A stretch of DNA of 64,000 nt from Hydrolagus affinis (taxonomy: Eukaryota). A model generated the notes under the pieces. It was given only the letters and a program-made list of their open reading frames with translations, had not been told where the DNA came from and searched no databases. Positions 49,184 to 62,587 of this stretch are shown one piece after another; the first letter of the stretch is position 1; every line of letters begins with the position of its first letter. The stretch is taken from the NCBI GenBank assembly GCA_012026655.1, contig JAAILG010000022.1, positions 124,001 through 188,000 of the forward strand. Reading direction: 5' to 3'. A program made the translations under genes and the position numbers.

Positions 49184-51627
49184 TAAGCATGGGAGACACC
49201 TGACATGGCCAAGATCGATTTTTGTTTCTTTCTTTACCCTGTGTTCTTCAACTTGAAGTATAACTTTCTGGCTCGTGGTCAAGTCTGGGAACCTTGGCTA
49301 ATTTCATCCTCGCTAACCAAGTGCTATGAAGTTGTCGAATGCTCTAATTGCTGCATTGACTGGCTGAATTCACTTAATTCAGGGTAGAACACATTTCAGT
49401 GAAAGGAGTTTACCTCTTGAACTTAGATAACTGCAGATAAACAATTCCAAACCTTACATAGAATTTCAATGAATCCAATTAATTCTCATTGATTCCTGTT
49501 GTTTAAAATCCAAGACATCTCCAGATCACATATAACATAGTCCACATCTAACATTTAAAAGGCACTATCCTGCACCAAACAGCTTCTAATGATTTTGAAA
49601 CATTTGCTGTTTTGTTTAGCTTGAATTTCTGAATGATCAATTATACAGATTTAAATGGCATTTAGTTTGAAACCACAATCTACACAAGCCATATATAATT
49701 TTGATTCCACAGTAAAGATTCTTGGCAACAAGTGCTGAGTTTCAGTTAGTAGTCTCAGATCAATGATCGAGTCCACCGTGATATCCAAAATAGCTGCTAT
49801 GACAGAATATCCAGTATTTAGAGCTAACTCCTGTGGTTGTCGCAATAAAATAAGATACTGTATATGGAATGGAATAAAGAAGTCTGTTCATCTGATTTCT
49901 GGACAGGAAAGTGGAACAACAGGAATGGTGAAACCTGCACAACCTGGTGGAAATTAGGAAAACACAGAACACAGAATAGCGTACGTCTTATCTTTATCAA
50001 TCATTTAATCGCAAAAGTCATACATGACCCAAGACCCGAGCTCGCTTTAAATTGTTCAAAGCACCCAAGCTTCACAATCTCATCATGGAAAATGCCATTG
50101 TTAATTACTTCCCTCCTCAACTGAGAACAAACTGGAAGGTCATACCATGTACAGTGACATGGAGGAGAACGCTAACAATTCAGTTAAGGCGAGTTGCTAT
50201 TTATTTTTTGCAAAACCCTAAGTGTGTGTTTTGAAAAAACGATCTCAATATTGAAGTGATGTTTTTAGAATATGTTTTGCTTTCTTATATCCAGTGATAC
50301 CAAAGGTAAGTCTAAAGTGTTCTGCCAAGCCAAAGCTTGGTTTCAGTGGTAAAATTTGATCCAAATCATAGTAAACCATCCAAGCTAAATGCCGTAGGCC
50401 TGGCAGAAATGATTCAAACACATTCATTTCAAATCTTTTTAAGTACTCACCACAGCATTACTATGATGTCCATTGGGATTTCCTGTTCATTCAGCAGATG
50501 AACAAACTTCAAGCTTAAAACATATTCCTTTAACATTTTATAAAGCCTTGCCCCACTAACCTATTCCTCCCCTTCTCTAAAAGCTGACTACTGTCGGTAT
50601 GAAAATCGATGACACATTTATTTCATTTGCTGGTTTCCATTAACAACAGGCAAAAAATTTAAATCAAAAGTCAAGCAGTATGTGCTGTTTAATTCTCCAG
50701 GGAAATTTCAAGATCCGCCAAAAAAAAACATTTGGGCGTTTCTGAAAGTATGAAAATTGAGATGATTAAAATCTGTATTCTCTTTCCTTTCACCATATTG
50801 CATGATAATATTTCTCCTGATCTGGCTGCTCACTATGCTGGAATAGAATAAGAATATTGAATGGACGATCGAGTGGGAGACTGCTGGACCTCTGCCAAGA
50901 TTGGTCCCAAATTGGCTTCAATGCAGTGTGCATGTTCAGTTTGTGCTGAATTGCCCTCCAATTTTACTGCTCTCCAGATATAATGCCTGCCTTTGCTCAA
51001 CCCAGACAGCTGTTGAGGTTCTGTAACATAAGGAGTACCATTTATTGTAATGGTATACATTTAAAAGCTTCCGGATCCCATTTCCAATGATCAACTTGTC
51101 AATTTTAGGTCAGTTCACATATGCCAATCCAACCAGTCTGTAAATACTTTGTCCTCAGGCAGTCAGAACACAAGTAAACACATTTCTACTTCTATATTCA
51201 AATGGCACTTCTAGATAAAATGCTGAAGGAATTTGAGAATTTTTTTTGGAGAACAAAAGTTATTTAGATAATTGAATATGAATCAAATGTCAAATTATCC
51301 AGCAGGTGAAATGTAGAGTTTCATAACACAATGTTTTTGTTGGGGCCAGCTTTGTGCTAAGAATCTCTTTGGAGACTGATATTGTAAAATCTAGGTGCTT
51401 AACAATAACCATACACTATTTACTGCAGTGCTTCATTCTTCCACATTTTTTCCATCCACTGGAAAAAATGGTTACACAGTCAGATGGTTACATTAATTAC
51501 CTTGTATTTCTGAAAATGATCATGCACATCATTGGGAGAAAGTAGTCTCAGGAATCTGGCTTGTCATAAAGTGGATGCAATAATAAAGCAGCACTAATAC
51601 AGTAATATGTTGGTGTCCTGGCCAACA

Positions 51628-51944
51628 GATGATGATAATAATAATGATAATAATAATATTCCTTGCATTTGATATAGCGCTTTTCACGTCTTCTAGACGT
51701 CTCAAAGCGCTTTACAACAGAATATACTGTAAAGTGAATTGACTGAATGTTTGTGGGCAAAACATAGCAGCCAAATGTGCACACAGCAGTGTCCCACAAA
51801 CAGTCATGGATTGAAATGACCAATTTTTTTAAAAAAAATTTAAGGTATTATTATTAAGCGTATAGAATAAGGAAACTGCCTGGATTCGAACACAGGTCTT
51901 ACGCTTGTAAGGCGAGTGCTCTAATCACTGAGGTACAGGACTCC
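51628..51944 (-). mobile_element. Full-length SINE family A (well preserved)
   Basis: Tail agcgcttttcacgtcttctagacgtctcaaagcgct; head ttcgaacacaggtctt..ggcgagtgctctaatcactgaggtacaggactcc. Confidence 0.93.
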
Positions 51945-51946
51945 AC

Positions 51947-52066
51947 ATAATAATAGTCCTTTCCTTTGATATAGCTTCTTATCATATCTTTGAAATATCT
52001 CAATGTGCTTCATGGAATATACTGTAAAGTGAATTGACTGTATATTTTGTGAGCGAAACGTGGCAG
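51947..52066 (-). mobile_element. SINE family A 3' fragment
   Basis: ataataatagtcctt..tttgatatagc...gaatatactgtaaagtgaattgactgtatattttgtgagcgaaacgtggcag. Confidence 0.85.
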
Positions 52067-52268
52067 AACACTCCACCAAATACAATCACTCAATGGCTGT
52101 TTGTGGGAAATAACAGATTGTATATGATTTTTTTGCGCAACTGGCTGCAATGTTTCACCCCAAAGTACACAGTCGCTCCACTTTGTAGTATGTCCAGTGA
52201 AGCTTTGAGATGTCTCTGCGACATTATATGGGATTATATCAAAAGCAAGCATTATTTATTATTATTCA
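52067..52268 (+). mobile_element. Older DeuSINE 3' part (its 5' continuation tggtgtcctggccaaca is at 51611-51627)
   Basis: aacactccaccaaatacaatcactcaatggctgtttgtggga...gcgcaactggctgc...tatatcaaaagcaagcattattt. Confidence 0.7.
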
Positions 52269-53026
52269 TAATATATGATGGAGAATATTTCAATGGTGTT
52301 TGTGATTATCAGTACCTTAACCCAAGAAACTATTTTGCTTGTGTCAACTTAGACAACTGTTATGGGAGCCACTTCAGTGGAGCCTAATTCTGCCCTTATC
52401 CTGCAGAGTTTGAGAGATGTTTAGGTGCAGTATCCCTGGAAAAAGGAGAATGAAGGATTCAAAGTGACTAAAAGAGTCTCAACAGAACCTGTATTTGAGG
52501 GTTGCTGAAGAGCTTGACCAACAAAAAGATCTTGAGACAATCTAATAGACCTCCTCAGAAAGCAGTTGCCAATAATAGTCTGGAGAAGGGGGAAGAAACT
52601 ATAACTAATATGGTCATTGCAACTTTCCCTTTTACAGCATATGCATGGTGTGCAAACTAAAAGGAAATGCCATAATATCTTGGTATTTACACCCACTCGT
52701 GGCATTTACTCTTAGTTTGTACACCGATTTGGGAAGCAACATTCTGCATGTGCAACTGATTTTATTCCATTGAATGCAGTCTCTTTCTTTTAGACATTTC
52801 TTTAATTTCTTTTGAAACTAGATAGTTTCTGACAGATAACAGCTGTAAGATATTCTTTTACCATATGGATATTTTACTGCACTTGAATAGTGAGTGAAAC
52901 TACAAACAGAACTTCGTTTAGTAAAAATTTTCAGTTTACTCAAACAGAATTGAACTGCATTAACTATTTAAAAAAGCATTATCTTCAATAGTATACCCTG
53001 TTTTTAAGATGCATGCTTTGTGCTTT

Positions 53027-53090
53027 CAACAACAACAACAAATTACATTTATAGAGCGCCTTTCACGTCGGGAGGACGTCCCAAGGCGCT
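53027..53090 (-). mobile_element. L2-type 3' tail (family B), near consensus
   Basis: caacaacaacaacaaattacatttatagagcgcctttcacgtcgggaggacgtcccaaggcgct. Confidence 0.88.
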
Positions 53091-53479
53091 TTCATATTGT
53101 TCGACAGTATCTTAAAAGTAGTATTTTGTTTATTATGTCAGTCACATCTTCAAGAAAAATAAAAAGGGACTGGAAAATGAAACATTTCATGAAAGATTGT
53201 ATAGTATATGGATTTTTTCTGTCAACAAACTTTGACGTGAAATGCCACATTTTTCACTTCAAAGCTGTTGTAATAATAATCATCACATGATGTTGAATCC
53301 CTCTATTTTTAGAGAATATGAACAAAACAGAACCTGCGTTACATTTTTTATTTGTACAGTATCATACACACAATATGCATGCCATTACCAGCCATGTCAG
53401 CCACAGTAAATATTTATGAGTGATGATGCCACAGATCCATTCTGATCACCTCACAGAAAATGTATTTACATATTTGTTT

Positions 53480-53753
53480 CTCTGGGTGATCTGGCCAACA
53501 GTCCTCCAAATAAAATTGGTCACTCCCTCTTGGCACTTTGAGAAATGGCTGTATTGCTGTGTGCAAATCGATCACCATATCTGCCTACAAATTTTCCTTT
53601 TTTAAAAAAAACTGTGATATCATATGATGTGTTTCAACAATAAAGCACTAACTATATCAAATTGCAAGGTTTATTTTTGTTCTTCAACCCCTTTGGGGCA
53701 TCCTCCCGACATGAAAGGCGCTCTATAAATACAATTTTGTCATTGTTGTTGTT
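53480..53753 (+). mobile_element. Older DeuSINE 3' part followed by a family B tail (~53693-53753)
   Basis: ctggccaacagtcctccaaataaaattggtcactc...tgctgtgtgcaaat; catcctcccgacatgaaaggcgctctataaatacaattttgt. Confidence 0.7.
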
Positions 53754-54259
53754 TAGGGTTTTAAATTATGCTTCATACTTGAAGAAAGAAGCTTAAAATT
53801 ATGTTTCCTTTTGAACACTTCATTCATATGGAACAACTTTCTCTGATAAACATAATCAAACACCAGACTACCCATTTGCTTTGCTCTCTGCCCTTTTAAT
53901 GATACTACAAAGAAGATTTGCAGATGAAATAATTTGCCATTAGCAACACCATTATCAATAAACATGCTGGATACCAGTGAAGTAATGGAACAGATAAATT
54001 GGGAGCAGATTATTGAAATTAGTGTTTTATATCATGATTTGGTAGTGAATAGATGATGGCAGAACACCATAACACAACCAAGTCAATATTTAGCCTGAGC
54101 CCACTGGAAAATTCACAGTGATATTTACTGAAAGCAAAGAATGCGAACTACAGCATTAGAACATAACATAAGCAATGGTGGATGAAAAAAGGCTGAGGTC
54201 CATCTAGTTTGCTTTCGCACAAATAATGAAAAGGTAAACCTTGCTTTGAGTAAATTTGT

Positions 54260-54338
54260 AATAATAAGAAGAATAATTGTAATCCTTGCATTTGATATAG
54301 CGCCTTATCACATCTTAGAGATGTCTCGAAGTGCTTCT
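54260..54338 (-). mobile_element. SINE family A tail
   Basis: aatccttgcatttgatatagcgccttatcacatcttagagatgtctcgaagtgcttc. Confidence 0.82.
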
Positions 54339-55321
54339 ACCGGTTATCTTAAAAGTAAACAGGTGGTAGAGGAGGATAGTGTTTTGACCCGAGGACTTGT
54401 TTGCAATGTAAAGATTATCCCAGTTATAAAGGAAGAGACAATTATATGTTTGCATAAAAGCAGGTTGATTCAGTTCAGAGCTTAGTTTCATTTGCCTATT
54501 TTGTTCCACATTCTTTTGGGAAAATATCTCTTAAAACTGCAGTACTGATTATTCAAGCGATTACTTGCACTTTCTTTGGAAGTGAGCACAAAATGCTTGT
54601 GATAAATGCTGTGCTTAATATAACTTATAAAAATGGATACGATAAATCTGTGTTGTTATTGCAGTTTAGCACAATCTGTCCCCTAACTGTGAACTCCAGT
54701 GTCCTTGGAATATAAAGCTGCTTGTGTGAAATGTAGAAATTAAACAGTGCAAATTAATTTGAGAATCTCACTTCTTGATGAAACCATATCTGAAGTAAAT
54801 CTCTAAAGACTAAACTGGTGAAATCCATATAACTCAAACCTTCATCCCTCCCATGTTGTGCCTGGTATATCAGTATGGACAGCAGGCAATGTCATTTGGT
54901 CATAATTTAAAACAGAAATGTAAAAGGTCAACAGATTTAAATCAGTTGAGATCATTAGATCTAAAAATTAATGCAGTTCCCCCCATGCTAAAATAACTAT
55001 ATAAATGCTTTCATCTCAGGAAAGACTGAATAATTAAACATTTGGGGGAAATGAGCTCATTGCTGGTGAGATCACTGTAATATTTTACTGAATAAAGCCT
55101 TATTCTCACTGAGGTATTCAACTGTCAGAAAAGAGAAATCTGCAGTGATTTATACTTGTTGGGTGCCAGTTTTGGGGGATTTCTTTTGGGTGTAAGATAG
55201 TTTTGTCTCATTCAAGACAAGCTGCTTTTGTGGAAGACTTGACCACTTCTATGGCTACGATGTGACTGCTTATATGGTGTGGATGATTGGTGCCAAGTAG
55301 TCTTACTCTCTTGGTTATAAA

Positions 55322-55508
55322 AATAATAATAATCCTTGTATTTGATGTAGCACTTTTCACATCTTCTAGATGTCTCAAAGCGCTTCACAGAATGTACTGT
55401 AAAGTGAATTGACTGAATACATGTGGGCAAAATGTGGCAGCCAATGAACAGTCGTGGATTGAAATGACCACAATTTTTTAAAAAAAATTTGGAGGGATTA
55501 TTATTAGG
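55322..55508 (-). mobile_element. SINE family A, 5'-truncated
   Basis: aataataatccttgtatttgatgtagcacttttcac...aaagcgcttcacagaatgtactgtaaagtgaattgactg...cagtcgtggattgaaatgacc. Confidence 0.9.
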
Positions 55509-57332
55509 CTTCCAGGATTAAACTACTTTCTACTTTACCCAAATAAAATCTTTCATATAGAGAATCATTTCAACCATTCGAAAACTCAATTTTTCAACCA
55601 AAGATAACTGCTTTCCACTGGAATAGCAAACAGACATAATTTACCAACTATTAGAATTTAAATGTTGGTGTACAACAAGTGGTTTTATTTTGTTTCCAGT
55701 GACTGACTATATTGCTCACAATTGCATTCTGCTTGCTTCTACTGATATCTTTATGTGAAGCTGTAAGAATGATGTAGTCATTTGAGGGCAGCTCTCTCTA
55801 ATGTTGTTGAACAGTCAGGAATGGGCTAATTCAAGATCATGTTGTCCACAGGTTGCTGCAGACTTTGTAAGTTAATATGCGGCTCACTAAAATCCAAAGT
55901 ATAACTAGAAATCATTTGGTGCTTAAATATTTTTTGATTAACAGACAATTTTGAAATGATTGAAAGTTTATAAATAATACATTACAATGTCTTGGCTGGA
56001 ATAAGGGTAAGCAACCAATTAGTAGCATTTCAAAATGAAATCCAAATGATTGTGTAATGGGGGAGTTATGGTTCTTACCAGCTACGGGAAGAGCCAAATT
56101 ATCAGCAAATGCAACCATTACCCCAGGACGCTTCAGTGATTTATTTTGTCATATCAATTCTTCAGGTGAATTCAGCTCCCTCTCAAGGTCAGACATGGTA
56201 ATTCTTCCTTCATTAGTTCTCTCTGATTTTATATACTGTATACTGTTATTATATATACTGTGTATAGATATATTTTTTAAAAGTCCAAAATAAATAGATG
56301 GACAGAGAGATGAAGGATGGTAAATCAATTTCAAATGTTCCTAACCATTTCAAGAAAATGACTGGTGACAACTCACTCCACAAATATAATAACCATATCA
56401 CTGTTTGTATTTTATAGTGACAGCATCACACTTTGAAATGGTTTAAGTTTGGATTTGTCACAGTTTCAAATGACATAATAAAGCTCTTTCTGTTCTTATT
56501 GTTCACTAAATATAAAGTCAATTGTTGGGGTTTAATGCAGCTGCAAGCGCAACTAGTCTCCATTTCAACGCTCCAAATTGACCTCTCAGGCCTGAAAAAT
56601 ATTCCCATGAAAGAACACTTTGATTGAACCCACTGCACTGCTGCCTGACAATCCTGTCAGACGCCTGAAATAAAATTACTTCTGGAAAGTCTTTTGAGGT
56701 CTGTGCCTGTAGGCTAGTCCCAGAATGGTTGACTAAAACAAGCAATACAACTGACCGTCAGAAAACACACGCTAAAGGCATTTTATATGCTTCCGAAAAG
56801 CACCACAATTAAATCCCAAACTATTAAGTCATTGCCTCCAATCTCTGCCAAATACAGCCCTTTTTAATTAATCTCTCCTGCTGACGATATTCTATCTATT
56901 GTTGTTTGTTTTGCAGCCTGTCAAAGCAATTCTGCAGTGTTTTTTATTTACTTTTGACTGTACATTCTGGACCTGCTGATAAATTATTTGCCACATTTAA
57001 TTGGTTTTTTAAATCAACCTCCCAGAATTACCAATAAAAATATGAAGGAGTAAAGCATAGAATAAAATGCACTCAAAAGAATGCAAATGACTTGCCAAAG
57101 AATATCTCAGAATTAATGAATTTGACATGACAAACTCTCTGTAAAGCTGTCTTTGGAAACACTAATAAAATCATGAAATTATGTTTCAAAAAGGATGCTT
57201 AATATGGTTTTCTTGTCAAGAGAAGCAGTCTGAGGTAATGCATACTAAACTGTCTGACAGGCAGTGATGTACAGACAGTGTTATACTGTAGTTTGGGTAG
57301 AGTTGGGAGTGGGTGGGGGGGGGGAGGCAATG

Positions 57333-57396
57333 CAACAACATCAACAAAATTATACTTTTATAACACCTTTCATGTCAGGAGGATGTCCCAAAGCGC
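57333..57396 (-). mobile_element. L2-type 3' tail (family B)
   Basis: caacacatcaacaaaattatacttttataacacctttcatgtcaggaggatgtcccaaagcgct-like sequence. Confidence 0.78.
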
Positions 57397-58339
57397 TGAT
57401 GCAGATAGAGTTATACAGAGATCCTGCTATTTTATTTTTAAAAAGTTAATAATAAATAAATTATTACTTGTTATACATTTTAAAACTGATTCTAACTGTA
57501 AAAATCATTGGAATTGAGTCTCATACATTCTCTTTTTTAAATAGCTGCAACTCTGAAGCTTTTCCTTGTGTATTATGCATCATTTATTGTGTTTTACCTG
57601 TACTATTTTTCTATTATTTTCTTTTCTACTATTTGTTTTTATTCTGCCCATGTCCACAATTTGTTGGCAGGTCCAGTGGTACAAGCAGGATACTGTGTGA
57701 GTTACATGTGCATGTGGGGGTAGGTTGAACATGTCTTGACTGAGGCACTTTTGAAGTAAGCTGGGAAAGCCAGTTCAGCAGTGTGCAAGCTCCCTGTGTG
57801 ACTTATCTCTTGTTGTTTTCATTTACTGAAATGTACTCCATGGAATTGAGTTGAAAACCAACAATGTTGTTTGTTTGTTTGTTGGTGGTCCCGAAGCAGT
57901 CAGTTTGAAGCAAAGACCAGGTGCATTCAGATGTTTGCAGAGGCAGCGAGGACACATTCAGCTGGTTTTCGAAACAGCTGCCATTTAGACACACACATCA
58001 GCCAGTCACAGAAGAAGCACGGAAAATTTATTTGGTGCATGTGGTGTCAGACAAGCAAATATTCATCTGTCACAGAGACACTGGAAAAAGGAGGAATTAA
58101 TTCAACTAGTTAGAATGAAAGTAATTAAGGAGCAATACGACAAAAATGTGGTCAATATCAAATGCAGAGAGGGTGAGGCATTTGGCCCATTATGGAGGCA
58201 CATTTGTAAAAATTAGTTTAATCAGGAACAAAAAAATATATATTTTCTTCCAATGTTGTTTTGGTACCTCCACCTATTTTCTTTTTTTTTTTTTTTAAAT
58301 GCCATACTCACCAGACTCTGTGCAATGTTCCTGCTATAC

Positions 58340-58396
58340 AGCGCCTTGGGATGTCCCCCCGACGTGAAAGGCACTCTATAAATGTAATTTTGTTGT
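58340..58396 (+). mobile_element. L2-type 3' tail (family B)
   Basis: agcgccttgggatgtccccccgacgtgaaaggcactctataaatgtaattttgttgt. Confidence 0.85.
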
Positions 58397-61300
58397 ATAC
58401 TCCTCTTTTAAAACTGTAACAAACACATCCAGGGACACATTGTCTTTCAAACAACACAAAAATTATTTGTTTTGCAAATGGTAATTTATTAAGCGTGCAC
58501 AATTTTTTTTTTAAAAAAGGCACTGCACAGACACAACATTTCAAGACATCATCTCTCCCCTAATGCCTAGCTCTCCACAAAATGTCAAGTTATTCAAACC
58601 ATCTGCTTTCCTGCCACCATGCTGACAAGAACTTGTCTACCTAGCTCATGCACATTTACACCCAGGCTGTTTCCAAATACAGTAAGCCTCCCCCTCCACA
58701 GTCAACTCACTAAAACCAATCTGTGCAAGAAGTGTGCCAACACTGACGGGATTAGTATTACTGGACACAAAAGATGATTCACTCTGTGACATTTGGTCGG
58801 AAACACTGTGAAATATTCACCGTACTTTCTTTAAACTCTTTTAGGCATTCTTGGTATTTGGGGATAAACTCTGCAAAAGTTATGTCATTCTGACTATACA
58901 TATATCAGCATCACGTTTTTGGAATAACTTTTGTAAAACACAAATTTGGATAAAAATAACATGAGCTCCCCAAAAATCTAATTTATTCAGCAAACCAACA
59001 ATTAAAAGTGTTCAACTGAATGTTACAATCATGTTAGAATTTGAAATACTGGTATACCTCACCAGTCAACATAACATAGATATGTAATCATGGCAAGTAA
59101 GCATTCTGCACCTATTCAGGCATCACAGAAGCACTTCGTAAATAAAACCTGACTAGGCTTATTTGTAGTTACTGTAGCTTATGTACTGTGAAACAATTCT
59201 GCAATGTACATAAACATTACAAACCTTTCCCAACACTCTTCAAATTACATTAATAATCTTAACTTAAGCTTTCCGGGTCCAGGATACCGTCACAGCTTTA
59301 TCCTTAAGAGCAGTGTTTCCGAATTGCTTTATGGACAGTCAGGTGGAACAAGACAGCACCTATACTGTGGGTGAGCTTAAAGGTTTGGACTGAATCTATG
59401 TGAGAGATTGCTTCCCCATCCATTCTGTGTTTTGTCTGCAGAACTAAGTGTAGTTCAAATGGATCAAATCAAATTAATTCCAAGGTTCATAAGCAAAAAT
59501 TATTTTCTAGACATTTCAGAAAATGGTTTGACCTGAACTTGAGAAGATAACTGACTTTAAAGCCAAGAACAAACATACTATTTTGTATTTACTACTTTTC
59601 AGAGAAAGGTTTTACAAGACCAGAATTTGAGGGTGAAACTGGAGATTTAACATTTAAAAGCTATGGAACGTTGCAAGATTTTAATAGCAGGATGAAAAAC
59701 CCTGGAATGCCATTGTGGGATGTCCTCATGACATCAAGGGTATGAATGTAAATTTGTATTGCTTGGTAGCAATGTTGAAGTCTAACCAAGGTAATAAATG
59801 CAATTTTGTCATTGCTGTTGTTGTTGTAAAGACAATATAGCATCAAGTGAAAGAGTAATGGCCTGAGACAAGGCAAAGCCTCACATCTCCATCCAAAACA
59901 ATTTATCAATCTCATTTGCTTCTGAAATTGACATGTTCTCTATGTGATATCACACTCTGTGTGACCCCGACATGTCAGCATGCCATGGGCTAATGGGCTA
60001 ACTAAAAACACAGCTTGTAACATTAGAAGATTTCATTGGACTGCTGGAGTAACGTTTGACACGGAGATAACAATCTATGGATCTGAGGTGCCAAGGCTAT
60101 TAATATTTATGCAATTCACTCTACTTAAAGCTATTTTTAAAGAGATAGTCTCACTAGAGATAGATGGTAAGAGTTACGAGAAAATGTTGATGTGGACAGC
60201 ATTTTGCCCATCAAAAACAATTACATAAACGTAATGTAAGATCTCTTCACTATCTGTATCACCAGATACATGCAGAGCACAGTTAAATTCTAGCACTTTA
60301 CCAATTCTTCAATTACTTGCATATAATTTAAGAGGGGCAGAAGTCAATTTGTGACAGAAAGCTATTTGGATGCTAAAATACATCTGAATATTTCAACTAC
60401 AATAAACACTTGTGCGTCAAGGCTGACATATCAAAGAACAGTGCTGAGTAGATTTTACTGAAATGATTTCCAATTGTACTTGTGTAGAAATAATGGAAAA
60501 TAATGATACCATTAATGGTCGCAATTGTACTTAACTATATTGTCACTTTAACCTCTACAACAACTTCACGTGGGGCAGCATCTTGGAGCCCTTAAATATC
60601 TATCAGCACTGGATGCTTTTAGTTCGCTCTCTACAGTAATTTACTCAGAACTGGTTTTATTATTATGATGATTAAACAAATTAGGGCAGCTCTTGTGTTT
60701 TTGACCGAGTGCAGCATAAAGGCAGACAAATTATGAATCATACTGAAGTTCATGTTATGTGCAGGATATTCTATAATTAATAGTTGTCAATTTGTAGCCA
60801 ACATTTTCATTAATCTAATAGCAGAAATGGTAACAGAGGTGCGGGGACAGGAGGTGGGAGACGAAAGGATCATGTAACCCTCACAGATATGGTAATGTCC
60901 AAATATTCTTCTCTTGGAAGATGTCTCTCACACTAGGCTTTGCGCTCCTGTCACATAGCCATGTTAGCCACCTCACACAGCAGATGACACACCCTCCACA
61001 GGATGTTCCTGATTTTTCACACTGGGAACATTGCAACCATGGTTGCATGCTAATTATACCACTTCAAGGGTTGCATTCAAGGATTGTCACTATAGCAACA
61101 AGCCTTGCAAACAGTGAATTGAAGGGTGTAACATATATTACAAAAGTACCAAGTGAGGAGAAGCAGAAGTAAGTATTTTTGTTCAAGTAACATAGTCAAA
61201 ACAAAGTCCGCGTGTTGCGTCAAGATTTTTCTCATTGCTGTTGATGGAATGTTGGTGGTGCAGATTAAATGGCACCTTTGCCGAAACAATTGGTCACTAG

Positions 61301-62334
61301 AAACTCGAAATTAAGTTATTGCGTGAAGTACTTCGGGATGTTTCGATGTGCTGAGGGCAGTTTCAAATGCAAGCATTATTACTGTATTAGGTTGACAGAA
61401 GTGAGCGAAAGTACTACAGAGAAAGCAATGCTATTGATTGACAACAAGCTTGGGTTTTAGAAGATTCTTGAAAGAAGGGATGAATCGAGTTTAAGTTGAT
61501 AAAATACACGAGACCCCAGATTGTAGATATGGTCTGTACACTGTTGGTTCTTAATTGACATCAACACGTAGCCCTCTGTGCCATTGTTCACTGTTTGAAG
61601 CAACGTAAACACAGCAAGGGATTGGTGAAGGAAAACAGAACCATTTCTCATTAAAAAAAGAAGGTTCTCCTTTGATGAAATGCTGACAGTTTTCACAATA
61701 GCTTTCCCTCTCGCGGCATAAAATTGGTCTTTAATATTGTTTTTCTTTCCCACATCTAGCAAAGCTGGAAAAGGGTAGTCACCAATCTGATAGATCAATG
61801 ACCTGATTGAGTCTTCGGTGCTTTCCAGTTGAGTTGCTTTTAACTATTGTTTTTAGAAATATCAGAGCACTGAACCAATATTTGTGAAAATAGAATGGAA
61901 GACATTTTGCTGGGGCAAATATATTATATGGGCAGCACCTTATTATAATAGGGGATTTTCTAATCAATTTTAATTAAGACTAAAATGTCAAACCATATCC
62001 ACTGTATTTGAGTTGTATTGAAAGCATCACACATGTCTGCTAGCATTGCGATGTGAGTCCAAAATATTTAACTCTTCATTGTTGCTCTGATATTTGCATT
62101 CTGATACATTCACCTGTTTTGTATGCATGAATGTTTAGATAATCTATTTATTTTGCTCATCAGTGAAAATGATCAGATGAAAAATGAAATGCATTTCATG
62201 AAATGCAAAATGGATGACATGTAGGTAGTGATGTGTGTGTTACAAAACATGAATTGATTTAGATGGCATAATGTACTGACATAAAATGACATAATTTTAA
62301 CCATAGAAATACTGTAGTTAAGTCCAGTTTCTAG

Positions 62335-62587
62335 TACAATTTTGCCCTCAAACTATACAGTCAATTCATGCTTTCCCTGGGGGTAATAATTCCTTCAAAA
62401 AATAATAATAAATTGATCCTCAAGCCACGACTGATTGTCAGACACTGCTGTGTGCAATTGGTGGCCATGGTTCGCCCACAAAATAAACAGACAATTCACT
62501 ATACTGTACAGTATTTTCTGTGAAGTGCTTTGAGATGTCTCGAAGACATGATATATTAATTGCAAGATGCTTATTATGATTATTATT
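62335..62587 (+). mobile_element. SINE family A (rearranged/5'-truncated)
   Basis: taataattccttcaaaaaataataataaattgatc..cacgactg..gacactgctgtgtgcaattgg..ttcgcccacaaaat...gtgaagtgctttgagatgtctcgaagacatg. Confidence 0.85.

Noticed and set aside
50446-50500. Strong donor GTG|GTGAGT on the minus strand
   Set aside because: The phase-1 frame has TAG TAA stops and there is no good acceptor; at most a non-coding exon I cannot support.
5682-55430. Recurring ORF peptides such as [19 protein letters not shown] / YIKCKDYYY (ORFs at 5682, 24369, 33052, 48059, 51548, 55212) as a small gene family
   Set aside because: They are translations of the same SINE body; frames and stops differ among copies.
58312-58375. 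Exonised antisense L2 tail ending at CTG|GTGAGT
   Set aside because: The acceptor lacks a polypyrimidine tract and nothing else supports it.
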